A DNA stretch of 64,000 nt from an uncultured virus (IMG/VR IMGVR_UViG_3300042569_001792) (taxonomy: Duplodnaviria > Heunggongvirae > Uroviricota > Caudoviricetes), in IMG/VR virus record IMGVR_UViG_3300042569_001792; one strand, given 5' to 3'. The notes below the pieces were generated by a model. It worked only from the letters and a program-made list of their open reading frames with translations. It had not been told where the DNA came from and made no database searches. Every line of letters begins with the position of its first letter. Positions within the stretch are counted from its first letter, which is position 1. A program made the position numbers and the translations under genes. Positions 20,404-30,016 of this stretch are shown piece after piece.

Positions 20404-20697
20404 ATGGATAAAGAAAAGTTAAGAGAAATATTAAAATTTTCTCCAGAAGAGGGGCGAAATATAGTAAAAGGTAGTAATAAAGAATTTGAAACTATTTCAA
20501 ATGAAATTTCAGATGCAAGTAGATGGTCTCTGATGTATGATATCGTTATAAAGCGTTTGTGGGATGGTAAATTTTTTAAATCTGAATACAAAGTAGGGGC
20601 AACAGAACTTCAAGACGAGGGGCCTTACGAATATGATGATAAGGCAGTTTTTACAGAAGTCTTTCCAGTAGAAAAAATAGTTACTGTTTATGAATAA
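20404..20697 (+). CDS. Hypothetical phage protein
   Basis: ORF; start moved to ATG 20404. Confidence 0.6.
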   Translation: MDKEKLREILKFSPEEGRNIVKGSNKEFETISNEISDASRWSLMYDIVIKRLWDGKFFKSEYKVGATELQDEGPYEYDDKAVFTEVFPVEKIVTVYE

Positions 20698-20890
20698 CAA
20701 AGATATAGTAATTGGTTCAGAGTGGATTCCTAAAAATCAAAAATATCCTGTTCACTGGAAATTGACTGATATCTTCCATTCTGAAATGGGAAAAACTGCC
20801 GTTCAACTTGAGAAATATCAAGGTGGTAGAAACTCACCAGCAATAATAACAACAAAAAGATTGAGAAAGTTTTTTGAATTAGTTAGCTAA
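20690..20890 (+). CDS. Hypothetical protein
   Basis: Overlapping ORF in array. Confidence 0.5.
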   Translation: MNNKDIVIGSEWIPKNQKYPVHWKLTDIFHSEMGKTAVQLEKYQGGRNSPAIITTKRLRKFFELVS

Positions 20891-20894
20891 AGAT

Positions 20895-21107
20895 ATGAAA
20901 AGATATTTATTAATAGCTGGTTATGATTCCTCTCCACAATGCGATATAACAAAGTTGATAGATTCATTTGTCTCTTTTGAGCAGGCGATGGAAGAAGTAA
21001 AAGCTATTGAAAAAGAAGGTGAGAAAAAAATATATGAAATACGCGGCAAGCAATACGACTGGTATTGTATAGACAGAATGTTCACAACCGGTTATACAAA
21101 AGAATGA
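20895..21107 (+). CDS. Hypothetical protein
   Basis: ORF in array. Confidence 0.5.
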   Translation: MKRYLLIAGYDSSPQCDITKLIDSFVSFEQAMEEVKAIEKEGEKKIYEIRGKQYDWYCIDRMFTTGYTKE

Positions 21108-21583
21108 TAGGAATAGCAGCAGTAAACCGTTTAGGTGGAATTGGTCTTAATAACAAGCTACCTTGGCCTAAAGTATCAGAGGATCTTAAATTTTTTAAGG
21201 AAATAACTCTTAATAAAAATATAATAGTCGGAAATACTACATATAAACACTTACCAAAATTACCAAATAGATATATAAAGATTCTTACCCAGGATAAAAA
21301 TCTAGTTGGAACAGTAGGTGATAATTTTGAATATTTTGATCTATGGCAATTTGAGGATTTAAATCATTTTCTAATATGGTCAGAAGATGATATTGTATGT
21401 GGCGGCGCAATGGTATATAATTTACTTATGCCGCTTTGTAATGAATTCTATTTGACATTTATAAATGACGATACAGTATGTGATACATACTTCCCAATGG
21501 AAGTCTTTAATAAGATTTTTAAGAATAGTGAGTTAATAAAAGAGATAGACGGCGGACATAAAATAATAAAATACAGCAGATGA
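21104..21583 (+). CDS. folA: Dihydrofolate reductase
   Basis: IGLNNKLPW, DLKFFK, LPNR, CGGAMVY, DTYFP motifs; ATGA overlap at 21104. Confidence 0.92.
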   Translation: MIGIAAVNRLGGIGLNNKLPWPKVSEDLKFFKEITLNKNIIVGNTTYKHLPKLPNRYIKILTQDKNLVGTVGDNFEYFDLWQFEDLNHFLIWSEDDIVCGGAMVYNLLMPLCNEFYLTFINDDTVCDTYFPMEVFNKIFKNSELIKEIDGGHKIIKYSR

Positions 21584-22437
21584 ATAACGCAGATAAAGAA
21601 TACTTTAGATTAGTTAATAAAATATTAAATGAGGGTTCATGGGAAACAAATAGAACTGGAGTAAATTGCCTAACAATTACTGGATTCATGTTTGAACATG
21701 ATATGTCAGAAGGTTTCCCGCTACTAACAAGTAGAAAATTACCCTTTATTAGCACTAAAGTTGAATTAGAGTTTTTTATTAAAGGTCTTAGAAGTAAAAA
21801 ATGGCTACAAGATAGAGGTTGTCATTTTTGGGATAATTGGTGCAATCCACAAAAAGTTCCTTATGGTAACGATGAAGAAACTAAGAAAAAGATGCTTGAA
21901 GAAGATGATCTTGGTTTAATATACGGCACGCAATGGAGAGGATTCGCCTCGCCGGAAGATACGTCTGGATATCATGTAGATCAGTTAAAGAATGTTGTAG
22001 ATACTCTTAAAACTAATCCCCAGGACAGGAGAATGATAATTTCCGCCTGGAATCCATTGGTTTTACCACACGCAGCCCTCCCATCCTGTCATTACAATAC
22101 ACAGGTAACAGTTACTGATGGTAAATTAAATTTACTTTGGAATCAAAGAAGTGTAGACGTTTGCTGCAATCAATCTATTACTACTTACGCACTTTTACTT
22201 CATTTACTTGCCAAAGAGGGAGGATTTAAAGAAGGTAAGTTAATAGGATTCTTAGCTAATTGTCATATTTATGAAAATCACATCGAACAAGTTAAAAAAC
22301 AGTTGACACAGGAAACTTTCGTGCTACCTTCTGTAGAGACAGCTAATTTCACGTCGATATTTGATTGGTCCTATAAAGATAGTGTATTAAAAGATTACAA
22401 GTATAGCGACCCAATAAAATACGAGGTGGCGGTCTAG
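21580..22437 (+). CDS. thyA: Thymidylate synthase ThyA (atypical active-site segment)
   Basis: NRTG, FPLLT, YGTQWR, DRR, ALPSCH, QRSVD, HIYENH motifs. Confidence 0.9.
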   Translation: MNNADKEYFRLVNKILNEGSWETNRTGVNCLTITGFMFEHDMSEGFPLLTSRKLPFISTKVELEFFIKGLRSKKWLQDRGCHFWDNWCNPQKVPYGNDEETKKKMLEEDDLGLIYGTQWRGFASPEDTSGYHVDQLKNVVDTLKTNPQDRRMIISAWNPLVLPHAALPSCHYNTQVTVTDGKLNLLWNQRSVDVCCNQSITTYALLLHLLAKEGGFKEGKLIGFLANCHIYENHIEQVKKQLTQETFVLPSVETANFTSIFDWSYKDSVLKDYKYSDPIKYEVAV

Positions 22438-22445
22438 TATAATAT

Positions 22446-22519
22446 AGCCCTTTAGTTTAACGGTAAAACATCTGAATTTGGCTCAGAGGTTGCTGGTTCG
22501 ATTCCAGCAGGGGCTTCCA
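22446..22519 (+). tRNA. tRNA-Gln(TTG)
   Basis: Cloverleaf: AGCCCTT/AGGGGCT acceptor, tctga-ATTTGGC-tcaga anticodon arm, GGTTCGATTCC, encoded CCA. Confidence 0.92.
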
Positions 22520-22539
22520 ACATTACTTAATAATCTAAA

Positions 22540-22773
22540 ATGTCTAAAAAATCTGATATAAATACCTTCGATATACCTAAATTATTTCTAAAAAGACTGT
22601 GTGATGGTATATTAGAAAATTGGGCTGACTCTACAAATATAAATGGTTACAGTCAGTGTCTTTATTGCGGATGTCTTAAATCACATGATTGGCCCGACTT
22701 AAACATTTACGAAGAAGAACATAAAGAAGATTGCCCAACTATTGTTGTAAAAAGTGTTTATAAATATTTATAA
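22540..22773 (+). CDS. Small putative Zn-binding protein
   Basis: CxxC and HxxxC motifs. Confidence 0.5.
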   Translation: MSKKSDINTFDIPKLFLKRLCDGILENWADSTNINGYSQCLYCGCLKSHDWPDLNIYEEEHKEDCPTIVVKSVYKYL

Positions 22774-22777
22774 AAAA

Positions 22778-22810
22778 ATCTGCCAAGATTTCTCAAGGCA
22801 GATCGTTTTA
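22778..22810. terminator. Probable bidirectional terminator
   Basis: atctgcc...ggcagat stem flanked by A and T runs between convergent genes. Confidence 0.55.
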
Positions 22811-22828
22811 TTATTTAAACCTTAATTA

Positions 22829-23098
22829 TCAAGGTTCAACAGGAGCGCCACCTTCCTCAGATTCATCAGGGGTATCTGTTGGAGTAGGAGCGAGAGCTTC
22901 GGCAAGCTCGGCTAGTTTAGTATCAACCGCTTTATCAGCTTCTTGAAGTCCGGTTACAACAGAAACAAGTTCTGCATTAGCGGATTGAAGTGGTTCTAGT
23001 TGACTAAGAGCATCCTTTACAGTTGCTTGCATAGTTTTGAGTGCGGTTATAGCACTGTCTAGGATAGATACAGCTTCGGCAGTAGTATAGTCTGACAT
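22829..23098 (-). CDS. Acidic coiled-coil protein
   Basis: MSDYTTAEAV...; heptad pattern, Pro/Glu-rich tail; A-rich leader at 23098. Confidence 0.65.
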   Translation of the reverse strand: MSDYTTAEAVSILDSAITALKTMQATVKDALSQLEPLQSANAELVSVVTGLQEADKAVDTKLAELAEALAPTPTDTPDESEEGGAPVEP

Positions 23099-23217
23099 AT
23101 TATTATTTGTTTTTTGTTTTAGGATTACTTGTATTTGACGTAACCTGTCTGCAATTTTAGGAAAAAGGAGACTGAAAAGATAGAATTTCATGTTACAATG
23201 ATAATTACACTGAAAAA

Positions 23218-23766
23218 ATGATAAAAATTACATACAAACCAAATCCATTACGTCCATTTGTTGAAATAGGAAGTGTGGAGACTAGTCTAATACTAAATAC
23301 AGTTTTAGCGGAAAATTTAACAAATTATATAGCCGATCTAAAACCTTTCTTCCAAAAAGGCGAGATAAAAGAAAAGATCAAAAAAGAAATAATAGACTTT
23401 ACATTTATCGACCGTCTAACTAAAGATGCGGAAGAATTCACAAGTGTTTTAATAACATCTTTAAAAGATAAACATTCTGGAGATTGCACCTCAGTACCAT
23501 GTACCTGCCCAAAATGTTACATAGAAGATATTTTAGGTATAGACACTTTGTCGCATTTTAAAGATCCGGCGGGTAAATACAAAAAAAATCATATGCTATA
23601 TAATATTCAACTTAAAGTTAGCGAACTTATAAAGAAAAAAGTTGATACTAATTCTATAGAATTCTTAGATGAATTAATTAAATCTTTCGACAAAGATGAC
23701 GAAGAAAGTAAAACGATACATAGTCTTTTACTAAATCATAAAGACAAAGTAAAAAATGACACTTAA
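23218..23766 (+). CDS. Hypothetical protein with Cys/His metal motif
   Basis: HSGDCTSVPCTCPKC. Confidence 0.55.
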   Translation: MIKITYKPNPLRPFVEIGSVETSLILNTVLAENLTNYIADLKPFFQKGEIKEKIKKEIIDFTFIDRLTKDAEEFTSVLITSLKDKHSGDCTSVPCTCPKCYIEDILGIDTLSHFKDPAGKYKKNHMLYNIQLKVSELIKKKVDTNSIEFLDELIKSFDKDDEESKTIHSLLLNHKDKVKNDT

Positions 23767-24055
23767 ATTTAAAAATATCGGATCATACTATCATGATTCT
23801 AGCAATCCAAATTATAAAAAACTTACTTTATGGTTTTGTTTTGATGAAAATAATAATAACCGAGAAAACGCCGATTACTATGTAATTTTTGACGAGGGTT
23901 ATAAATCTCAAGCTAGTAGAATAAAAATTAAGAAAAAAGGAGAAGAGGTTAGATATATTGAAAATGTTACTTATGGTTTTGAGTTTGATAAGAACCATAA
24001 AGATAGCACACCAACTATAAAATTATCTTGGACTGAAATAGAAAGTAAAAAATGA
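23756..24055 (+). CDS. Hypothetical protein
   Basis: ORF in array. Confidence 0.5.
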   Translation: MTLKFKNIGSYYHDSSNPNYKKLTLWFCFDENNNNRENADYYVIFDEGYKSQASRIKIKKKGEEVRYIENVTYGFEFDKNHKDSTPTIKLSWTEIESKK

Positions 24056-24804
24056 GAATCCCACTATTTAAAACTACCAATTCAATTGGTAAATCAATAA
24101 TACAATACGGTGCAGATAAAGATCCAGATCCAAACGGCGCGCCGTATTTAGAATACCTATGTAAGAAAAATAATATAACCGACTGCTTTATAGTAGAAGA
24201 TTCTATTAGTAGTATCGTAGGAATTCACCAAGCCTTATCTAAATTCAATATAAATATGAATTTTGGCTTGCAGTTAAATTTTGTAAATGACGTTTCTTTA
24301 GACAATTCATCTTTACATAAAAATATAGTTTTCGCCACAGGAGATTCTTATAAGAGCTTAATAAAATTATCTACATTAGCTCATGTGAAATATAGTCACA
24401 AAAATGTTCCTAGAATAGATTATAATATACTGCACGATAATATGCACGAGGATTTTATCCTCGCGATTCCGTTCTATGACAGCTTTCTCGCAAACAATCT
24501 CTTGACATTCCAAAACTGTGTGGTAGATTACCGTAATATAAGACCGATAGTATTCCTAGAAGAGAACGGACTTCCGTTCGATTATTTAATAAGAGACGCT
24601 GCGATAAATTTCGCAAAAGACTCTAACTTAGATATATGGGAAACTAAAACTGTTTTATACGAAAATAAAAGTGACTTTTTGGCTTGGCAAACTAGAAAGT
24701 TAATGGAGAGAAAATCATTTGGAACCGGAAATACATTGAGTAAACCTAATTTAGATCATTGTGGATCAAATGAATTTTGCATAGAAGCTATAACAAATAA
24801 CTAA
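24052..24804 (+). CDS. Stand-alone degenerate PHP domain of DNA polymerase III alpha
   Basis: SYKSLIKLST, PRIDY..L and TKTVLYENKSD resemble DnaE-PHP GY.NL.KL.S, PRID..LL and TNDVHY...D. Confidence 0.7.
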   Translation: MRIPLFKTTNSIGKSIIQYGADKDPDPNGAPYLEYLCKKNNITDCFIVEDSISSIVGIHQALSKFNINMNFGLQLNFVNDVSLDNSSLHKNIVFATGDSYKSLIKLSTLAHVKYSHKNVPRIDYNILHDNMHEDFILAIPFYDSFLANNLLTFQNCVVDYRNIRPIVFLEENGLPFDYLIRDAAINFAKDSNLDIWETKTVLYENKSDFLAWQTRKLMERKSFGTGNTLSKPNLDHCGSNEFCIEAITNN

Positions 24805-24809
24805 AAAAA

Positions 24810-25397
24810 ATGAACGAAGATAATCTTGTTACATATAATACTCAGACAGGTCAGGTAGAGTTTTTGAATAAAACAGTAACTGATAAATCTTTTGATGATT
24901 ATTTAATGAATACAGTTACTAATGAAGAATTAGGGCTTAAACAAGGTAGCGATACCATTGCGTCAGGCTATAATAAATCTATAGATTATGTTGAGGAATA
25001 CTTAAAAGAATATCCAGCAATACCAATGTATGTTGGTGATGATCCTATTTTCCCAACTCTTGTCGAAAACGATAAGATAAGACATAAAATGCAGCAAAGT
25101 ATTAACGATACAGTGGAAGCTGCGAAAAAATATTACTTTTCAAATGAAGGGGTAGTGCAAATAGAACCAACAGGAGATAATGTAAAAGTTGTAGATAGTG
25201 AAGTTGAAAATATTGCATATCAAAATTCTGAAAATTTACAGTATCTTAAATTTCCAAATATAAGTGTAGATCTTTCAAAACTATCATTAAAAGAAGTTAC
25301 CGAGTATTTTAAACAATGCAATCCTATTCCTATAAAAAGAGACTCTGTTGCGGAGTTTGAGAAAAATTCGCTGAATCGTAGATACTCAGTATCCTAA
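24810..25397 (+). CDS. Hypothetical protein
   Basis: ORF in array. Confidence 0.55.
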   Translation: MNEDNLVTYNTQTGQVEFLNKTVTDKSFDDYLMNTVTNEELGLKQGSDTIASGYNKSIDYVEEYLKEYPAIPMYVGDDPIFPTLVENDKIRHKMQQSINDTVEAAKKYYFSNEGVVQIEPTGDNVKVVDSEVENIAYQNSENLQYLKFPNISVDLSKLSLKEVTEYFKQCNPIPIKRDSVAEFEKNSLNRRYSVS

Positions 25398-25398
25398 A

Positions 25399-26064
25399 AT
25401 GTCTAAAAATAGTAAAGATTTACTTAGGTTTCAACCTAATAATAGAATTGTATTTGACTTTGAATCGTTTAGCCTACAGCTAGGCGACGAAAGGTTAAAT
25501 AGACCATGGCAAATAGGATGGCTAGTTATTGAAAATAATAAGATAGTTCAAGCAAATGAAGATTGGATATATTGGGATGACATTGATGATGTTATGTCAA
25601 AAGAGGCCGCGCAAATAACAGGATTCAATAAATCAGTTTATCTAAAGAAAGCCCAGGATTCTATAAGTATATTAAGTAAATTTAATGAATTTTTTTACGA
25701 TAAAGATTATCTTATCCTAGCCGCAAATCCTCATGGATTCGATGTTTACTTACATAACTTGTGGCAAAGATTTCACGGATTGAAAACAGATTTTTCTTAC
25801 TTAGAAAGATTAATATGTATTCAAAATCTACATAAAGCTAAAGTATTAGAATCAAAACTACCGAATTTAAGAACGAAAGAGTGGGCGTGCTTTAATTATA
25901 AGCTATATAACTACAAAGAAAGAGGATTAAAAACTAATTTGAAATTTCTTGCAGAGGAGTATGACGTACCTTATGACGAAACAAAGCATCACGTTTCAGC
26001 TTTATACGACGTAGAATTGACCGATGATATTTTCAAGAAACAAATATTTAAGATAGAAGTTTAA
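25399..26064 (+). CDS. DEDDh 3'-5' exonuclease (Pol III epsilon-like)
   Basis: FDFES, N..GFD, H..ALYD motifs; next to dnaE. Confidence 0.8.
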   Translation: MSKNSKDLLRFQPNNRIVFDFESFSLQLGDERLNRPWQIGWLVIENNKIVQANEDWIYWDDIDDVMSKEAAQITGFNKSVYLKKAQDSISILSKFNEFFYDKDYLILAANPHGFDVYLHNLWQRFHGLKTDFSYLERLICIQNLHKAKVLESKLPNLRTKEWACFNYKLYNYKERGLKTNLKFLAEEYDVPYDETKHHVSALYDVELTDDIFKKQIFKIEV

Positions 26065-26065
26065 A

Positions 26066-27844
26066 ATGTTCAAACCGTTAAATTTAGAATTAAATGGAGT
26101 AAGACTTCCAGAATTCAAATTACCAGAAAAAGCTAGAAAAGATTTTAATATATCATTAGATAATAATGAAGACATACTTCATGAATTAGCTAGAATAGGT
26201 TTTAAGAACAAATCTGAAAGAGGCTTAATACCTAAAGATAAGATTAAGGAATACGGCGATAGAGCTAAATATGAATTATCATGTCTAAAGCAAACAGGCT
26301 TTATCGACTACATTCTTCTTGTATGGGACGTTTGTTATTATGCGAGAAGTAATAATATTGCGTTAGGGCCAGGCCGAGGTTCAGCGGCTGGTAGTTTAAT
26401 AAACTATTTAATTGGCATCACAGATATTGATCCAATCAAATATAATCTGTATTTCGAGCGATTTATATCATTAAGCCGCGCTCAATCAAAAGTAGTAAAT
26501 GGAATAACGTACCTAACAGGTAGCTTACCCGATATTGATCTTGACTTTGGTGATGAAGATAGACAAAAGGTAATTCATTATCTTAGCGAAAAGTATAACG
26601 GTAACTTTGTTAAATTATGTACTGTTCAAACTTTAAGTTCAAAAATAGTAATAAAAGAAACTTTTAAGATAGTTAAAGGAGCAAATGAAACTGATGCAAA
26701 AATTGTTTCAAGTTACGTTCCGTCACTATTTGGTAAGAATTACTCTTTAGGTAAATGTTACGAGGAAGTTTCAGAGTTTAAGAAATTTGCAGATGAGAAT
26801 CAGTTAGTATATTCAATCGCAAATAAACTATCTGATGGTATTAAATCATTCGGGTCGCACGCATCTGCTTATTTACTTACATTAGAAAATCTTAATGATA
26901 TTATACCATGTCAATTAGGATCGGCGGATGACACTGGCGAAAATGAAGTTATATCATCTTATGACATGTACACGGCGGGCGATATAGCAATTAAGATGGA
27001 TTTATTAGGGGTGTCTTCTATAAATCTAATTCATAATATAGCTAAAAGAGTTAATAAGCCAGTAGAAAGTATAGATATTAATGATTACGAGACAATCTAT
27101 AAATATCTTCAAAATCTATCTTTACCTTATGATTTATTTCAGATTAGCGGCGACGCAGCTATAAGAGGTTTAGCTAAAATAAAACCAAAAGATATCAATC
27201 ACTTATCTGGTGTTTTAGCTATTTGCCGACCCGGCGCGTTGTCATTCGTTGATGACTACGCGGACTATGTTAATTATGGAACGTATAAATCTTTACATCC
27301 AATTTTTGATGAGTGTCTAAAAGAAACAGGGGGTCTATGCTTATACCAAGAGCAGTTAATGGCTATGGTTAATAAAATGGGCTTCTCGTTAAAAGAGGCT
27401 GATGACATTAGACGTATTGTAGGTAAGAAGAAAACCGAAGAAATAAAAGAGTGGGAAGGTAAGATTCATAAAAGAGCCGAGGAAACTAAAATTCCTTCTG
27501 GAGCCGCAGATGTATTATGGCCCATTGCTTTAAGTAGTGCGGACTATAGTTTTAACAAATGTTTAGATGTTAATTGCGAAGTAGAAACTCCAGACGGGAA
27601 GAAAAAACTATACGAACTATCTGAGGGTGATTTAGTAAAAGGTTATAACAAAAAAACAGGAAAAGATGAATTTAATAATATTAAAAATATATGGAAGAAC
27701 AAAAAATTTGTTTACGAAATAGAAACTGAAGATGGTAAAAAAATAAAATCCTCATTGGAACATAAATTTTTATGTGAGGATATGGTAATGAGACCGTTGA
27801 AAGATATCATGATTAATAAATATAAATTATGTGTTATATCTTAA
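26066..27844 (+). CDS. dnaE: DNA polymerase III alpha catalytic part fused to split-intein N-half
   Basis: GPGRGSAAGSL, FERF, PDIDLD, HASA, KMDLLG, YQEQ, YSFNK then intein CLDVN. Confidence 0.95.
   Translation: MFKPLNLELNGVRLPEFKLPEKARKDFNISLDNNEDILHELARIGFKNKSERGLIPKDKIKEYGDRAKYELSCLKQTGFIDYILLVWDVCYYARSNNIALGPGRGSAAGSLINYLIGITDIDPIKYNLYFERFISLSRAQSKVVNGITYLTGSLPDIDLDFGDEDRQKVIHYLSEKYNGNFVKLCTVQTLSSKIVIKETFKIVKGANETDAKIVSSYVPSLFGKNYSLGKCYEEVSEFKKFADENQLVYSIANKLSDGIKSFGSHASAYLLTLENLNDIIPCQLGSADDTGENEVISSYDMYTAGDIAIKMDLLGVSSINLIHNIAKRVNKPVESIDINDYETIYKYLQNLSLPYDLFQISGDAAIRGLAKIKPKDINHLSGVLAICRPGALSFVDDYADYVNYGTYKSLHPIFDECLKETGGLCLYQEQLMAMVNKMGFSLKEADDIRRIVGKKKTEEIKEWEGKIHKRAEETKIPSGAADVLWPIALSSADYSFNKCLDVNCEVETPDGKKKLYELSEGDLVKGYNKKTGKDEFNNIKNIWKNKKFVYEIETEDGKKIKSSLEHKFLCEDMVMRPLKDIMINKYKLCVIS
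27560..27841 (+). mobile_element. Split intein N-fragment (94 aa)
   Basis: Block A CLDVNCEVETPDG, block B SSLEHKF, then stop. Confidence 0.9.
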
Positions 27845-28718
27845 TATGAGTATAGTAGTGACCTATTTTTAAACCATGTACAGTTGTATAGGGAAGATTA
27901 TATTCTTTGGCGAGTAGATAGCATCTCTCACCATTTTTTAATCTTAACTTAATTTCTCTTACTAAATCTTCGGTTAGCTTACCTTTTCTGTTTTTATAGC
28001 ACATTTCTTTTAATATACCCTCAATATCATCACTTGCTTTAATATGATCCCATGTTTTGCCAGACTTTACATTACTAATTACAGTTGTAGATACATTATA
28101 CATAGAAGCTAATTCCTTTAAAGTAACACCTTCGCTTAATTTTGTTTTTATCTCAAGAACTGTAACATTAGTTAATTTTGAAGACTCTGAATTCTCACCA
28201 GTGTGTCTTTGTCTAATCTTCTCCCTAGACTCATTTGAGAAAAAACTTGGCTTTATATCCCCAACTTTAGATTTTATATTATAACCACAACCATCATCAG
28301 CAAACGGTTTATATTCATTTAAATAAAATTGCTCTCTTTTTCTTAAATCATCCTGGTTTCCGTTAAATAATTCTAATATATAAAATTTATAAATTTTAAC
28401 TCCGTGAGTTTTAATTGAATTAAATAATTTATAATTTATCCTGTTACTCTTTGAATTTATAAAAACTTGTTTATAATTTTTAAATCTTCTCCACAAGTTG
28501 ATAGAACTTCCTATATATATCTTTTTATCCAATGTATTATACCAGCAGTAAACCCCTCCATTATTTGATAGGCATTTTTTAACGTCTATCATATTATCAA
28601 ATGTTATATTTACTGTTGGCATATTGGAGCCATCTGATAATGAAACACTATCTGTAGGAGTCGAGAAAACATCAAACATTAGGTTATATTTATGATATTC
28701 TAAAATATTATTATTCAT
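27834..28718 (-). CDS. GIY-YIG homing endonuclease with C-terminal HTH repeats
   Basis: GVYCW...IYIGSS..LWRR, REQFYL, GYNI; lies between the intein halves. Confidence 0.9.
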   Translation of the reverse strand: MNNNILEYHKYNLMFDVFSTPTDSVSLSDGSNMPTVNITFDNMIDVKKCLSNNGGVYCWYNTLDKKIYIGSSINLWRRFKNYKQVFINSKSNRINYKLFNSIKTHGVKIYKFYILELFNGNQDDLRKREQFYLNEYKPFADDGCGYNIKSKVGDIKPSFFSNESREKIRQRHTGENSESSKLTNVTVLEIKTKLSEGVTLKELASMYNVSTTVISNVKSGKTWDHIKASDDIEGILKEMCYKNRKGKLTEDLVREIKLRLKNGERCYLLAKEYNLPYTTVHGLKIGHYYTHIKI

Positions 28719-28753
28719 ATAACAATTATACACAGAAACTTATTAAACCAGTA

Positions 28754-29932
28754 ATGAAATTTGTAAAAATAAAAAGAATAACGCCAATTGAAGAAGTTGA
28801 TACAATAGACATTGAAGTTGATTCCGAGGATCATAACTTCTATTGTAATGATATAGTTGTATCAAATAGTCACAGCATGAGCTATAGCGTAATAGCAGCT
28901 TTAACTGTTTATTATAAATTCAACTACCCTAAAGAATTTTTTGTTGAATCGCTTAATATAGCGAAAAATAAACCAGACTTCACAGCTAGATTCTCTAAAA
29001 TAGAAAGAGAATTAAAGTATTTTGGAATTAAGTTATTAAGACCAGATATATTACATTCTAAAGAAAATTTTGAGATAGAAGGCGATAATATAAGATACGC
29101 TTTCTCTGCGATTAAAGGCATTGCAGATAGAGCTATAAGTGGGTTAAAAGTATTCTTAGATACCAAACATAGTAATAAGTTTGAAGTATTTCAAACAGCT
29201 AAAAATACTAAATTATCAACGCCAAAACTATCTGCTTTAATACAATCTGGAATGTTAAATTCCTTATCTGAAAATAGATCATTGACAGTTCTTGAATCTC
29301 AGATATGGTCACAATTAAATGATAGAGAAAGGGATTATTGCTTAACTAATGGAGCTAATTACAATTTTGATTTGATAAAGATGCTTCGAGATTATAATTC
29401 CTGGATGGGTGACAATGGAAAAAAGATAGGCAGAGAATCGAGATTAGAGACTATTCGCAAAAACACTTCTAAATATATGCAAATATATGGAAAGAACAGT
29501 AAGTATCCAGATTTTGCAGCGTATATGTATGAGAAGACTTTACTCGGATATTCATTCTCTATTCAACTTCGTGATTTATTTATAAAAGATAATCCTAAAT
29601 TAGTTCAAATCCAAGACTTGCAAGATATGTCTGAAAGGACTAAAATAGAAATAGTTGCAACTGTAGATGAAGTAATAAAAGGTATAAGTAAGGCAAAAAA
29701 TAATCCTTACATGAAACTTAATATAGGTGACGAGACGGGAACTTATTCAGCTATGATTATGAAAGAGAAACTTGAAAGTTTCCTATCTTTAAGTGTAGCT
29801 CCAGATGAAGAAGATATTATTTTCATTCAAGGATCAAAAGGCCCTGACATAATATGGATAGATAAGATGGAAGTTCAAAGTCACAAGATTTATTTCAATG
29901 CAAGAGAATTGAGAAAAGAGTTGCAGAATTGA
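28754..29932 (+). CDS. dnaE: Split-intein C-half (38 aa) fused to the DnaE C-terminal part
   Basis: MKFVKIKRI...DIEV..HNFYCNDIVVSN/SHSMSY; AIKGI HhH, EKTLLG, OB-fold DETG. Confidence 0.95.
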   Translation: MKFVKIKRITPIEEVDTIDIEVDSEDHNFYCNDIVVSNSHSMSYSVIAALTVYYKFNYPKEFFVESLNIAKNKPDFTARFSKIERELKYFGIKLLRPDILHSKENFEIEGDNIRYAFSAIKGIADRAISGLKVFLDTKHSNKFEVFQTAKNTKLSTPKLSALIQSGMLNSLSENRSLTVLESQIWSQLNDRERDYCLTNGANYNFDLIKMLRDYNSWMGDNGKKIGRESRLETIRKNTSKYMQIYGKNSKYPDFAAYMYEKTLLGYSFSIQLRDLFIKDNPKLVQIQDLQDMSERTKIEIVATVDEVIKGISKAKNNPYMKLNIGDETGTYSAMIMKEKLESFLSLSVAPDEEDIIFIQGSKGPDIIWIDKMEVQSHKIYFNARELRKELQN

Positions 29933-29949
29933 AATAAAAAGTGTATAGT
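29921..29949 (+). promoter_or_regulatory. Sigma70-type promoter
   Basis: TTGCAG-17-TATAGT upstream of the SSB-like gene. Confidence 0.5.
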
Positions 29950-30016
29950 ATAGTACAATAATATATAGCGTAAAAACTATAAACAGCAAAAACAAACAAA
30001 AAAAGACAAAAATAAT

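Noticed and set aside
27834..28753. Group I intron interrupting dnaE
   Set aside because: Both flanks carry intein motifs with their own stop and start, the spacers are too short for a ribozyme core, and the endonuclease is antisense
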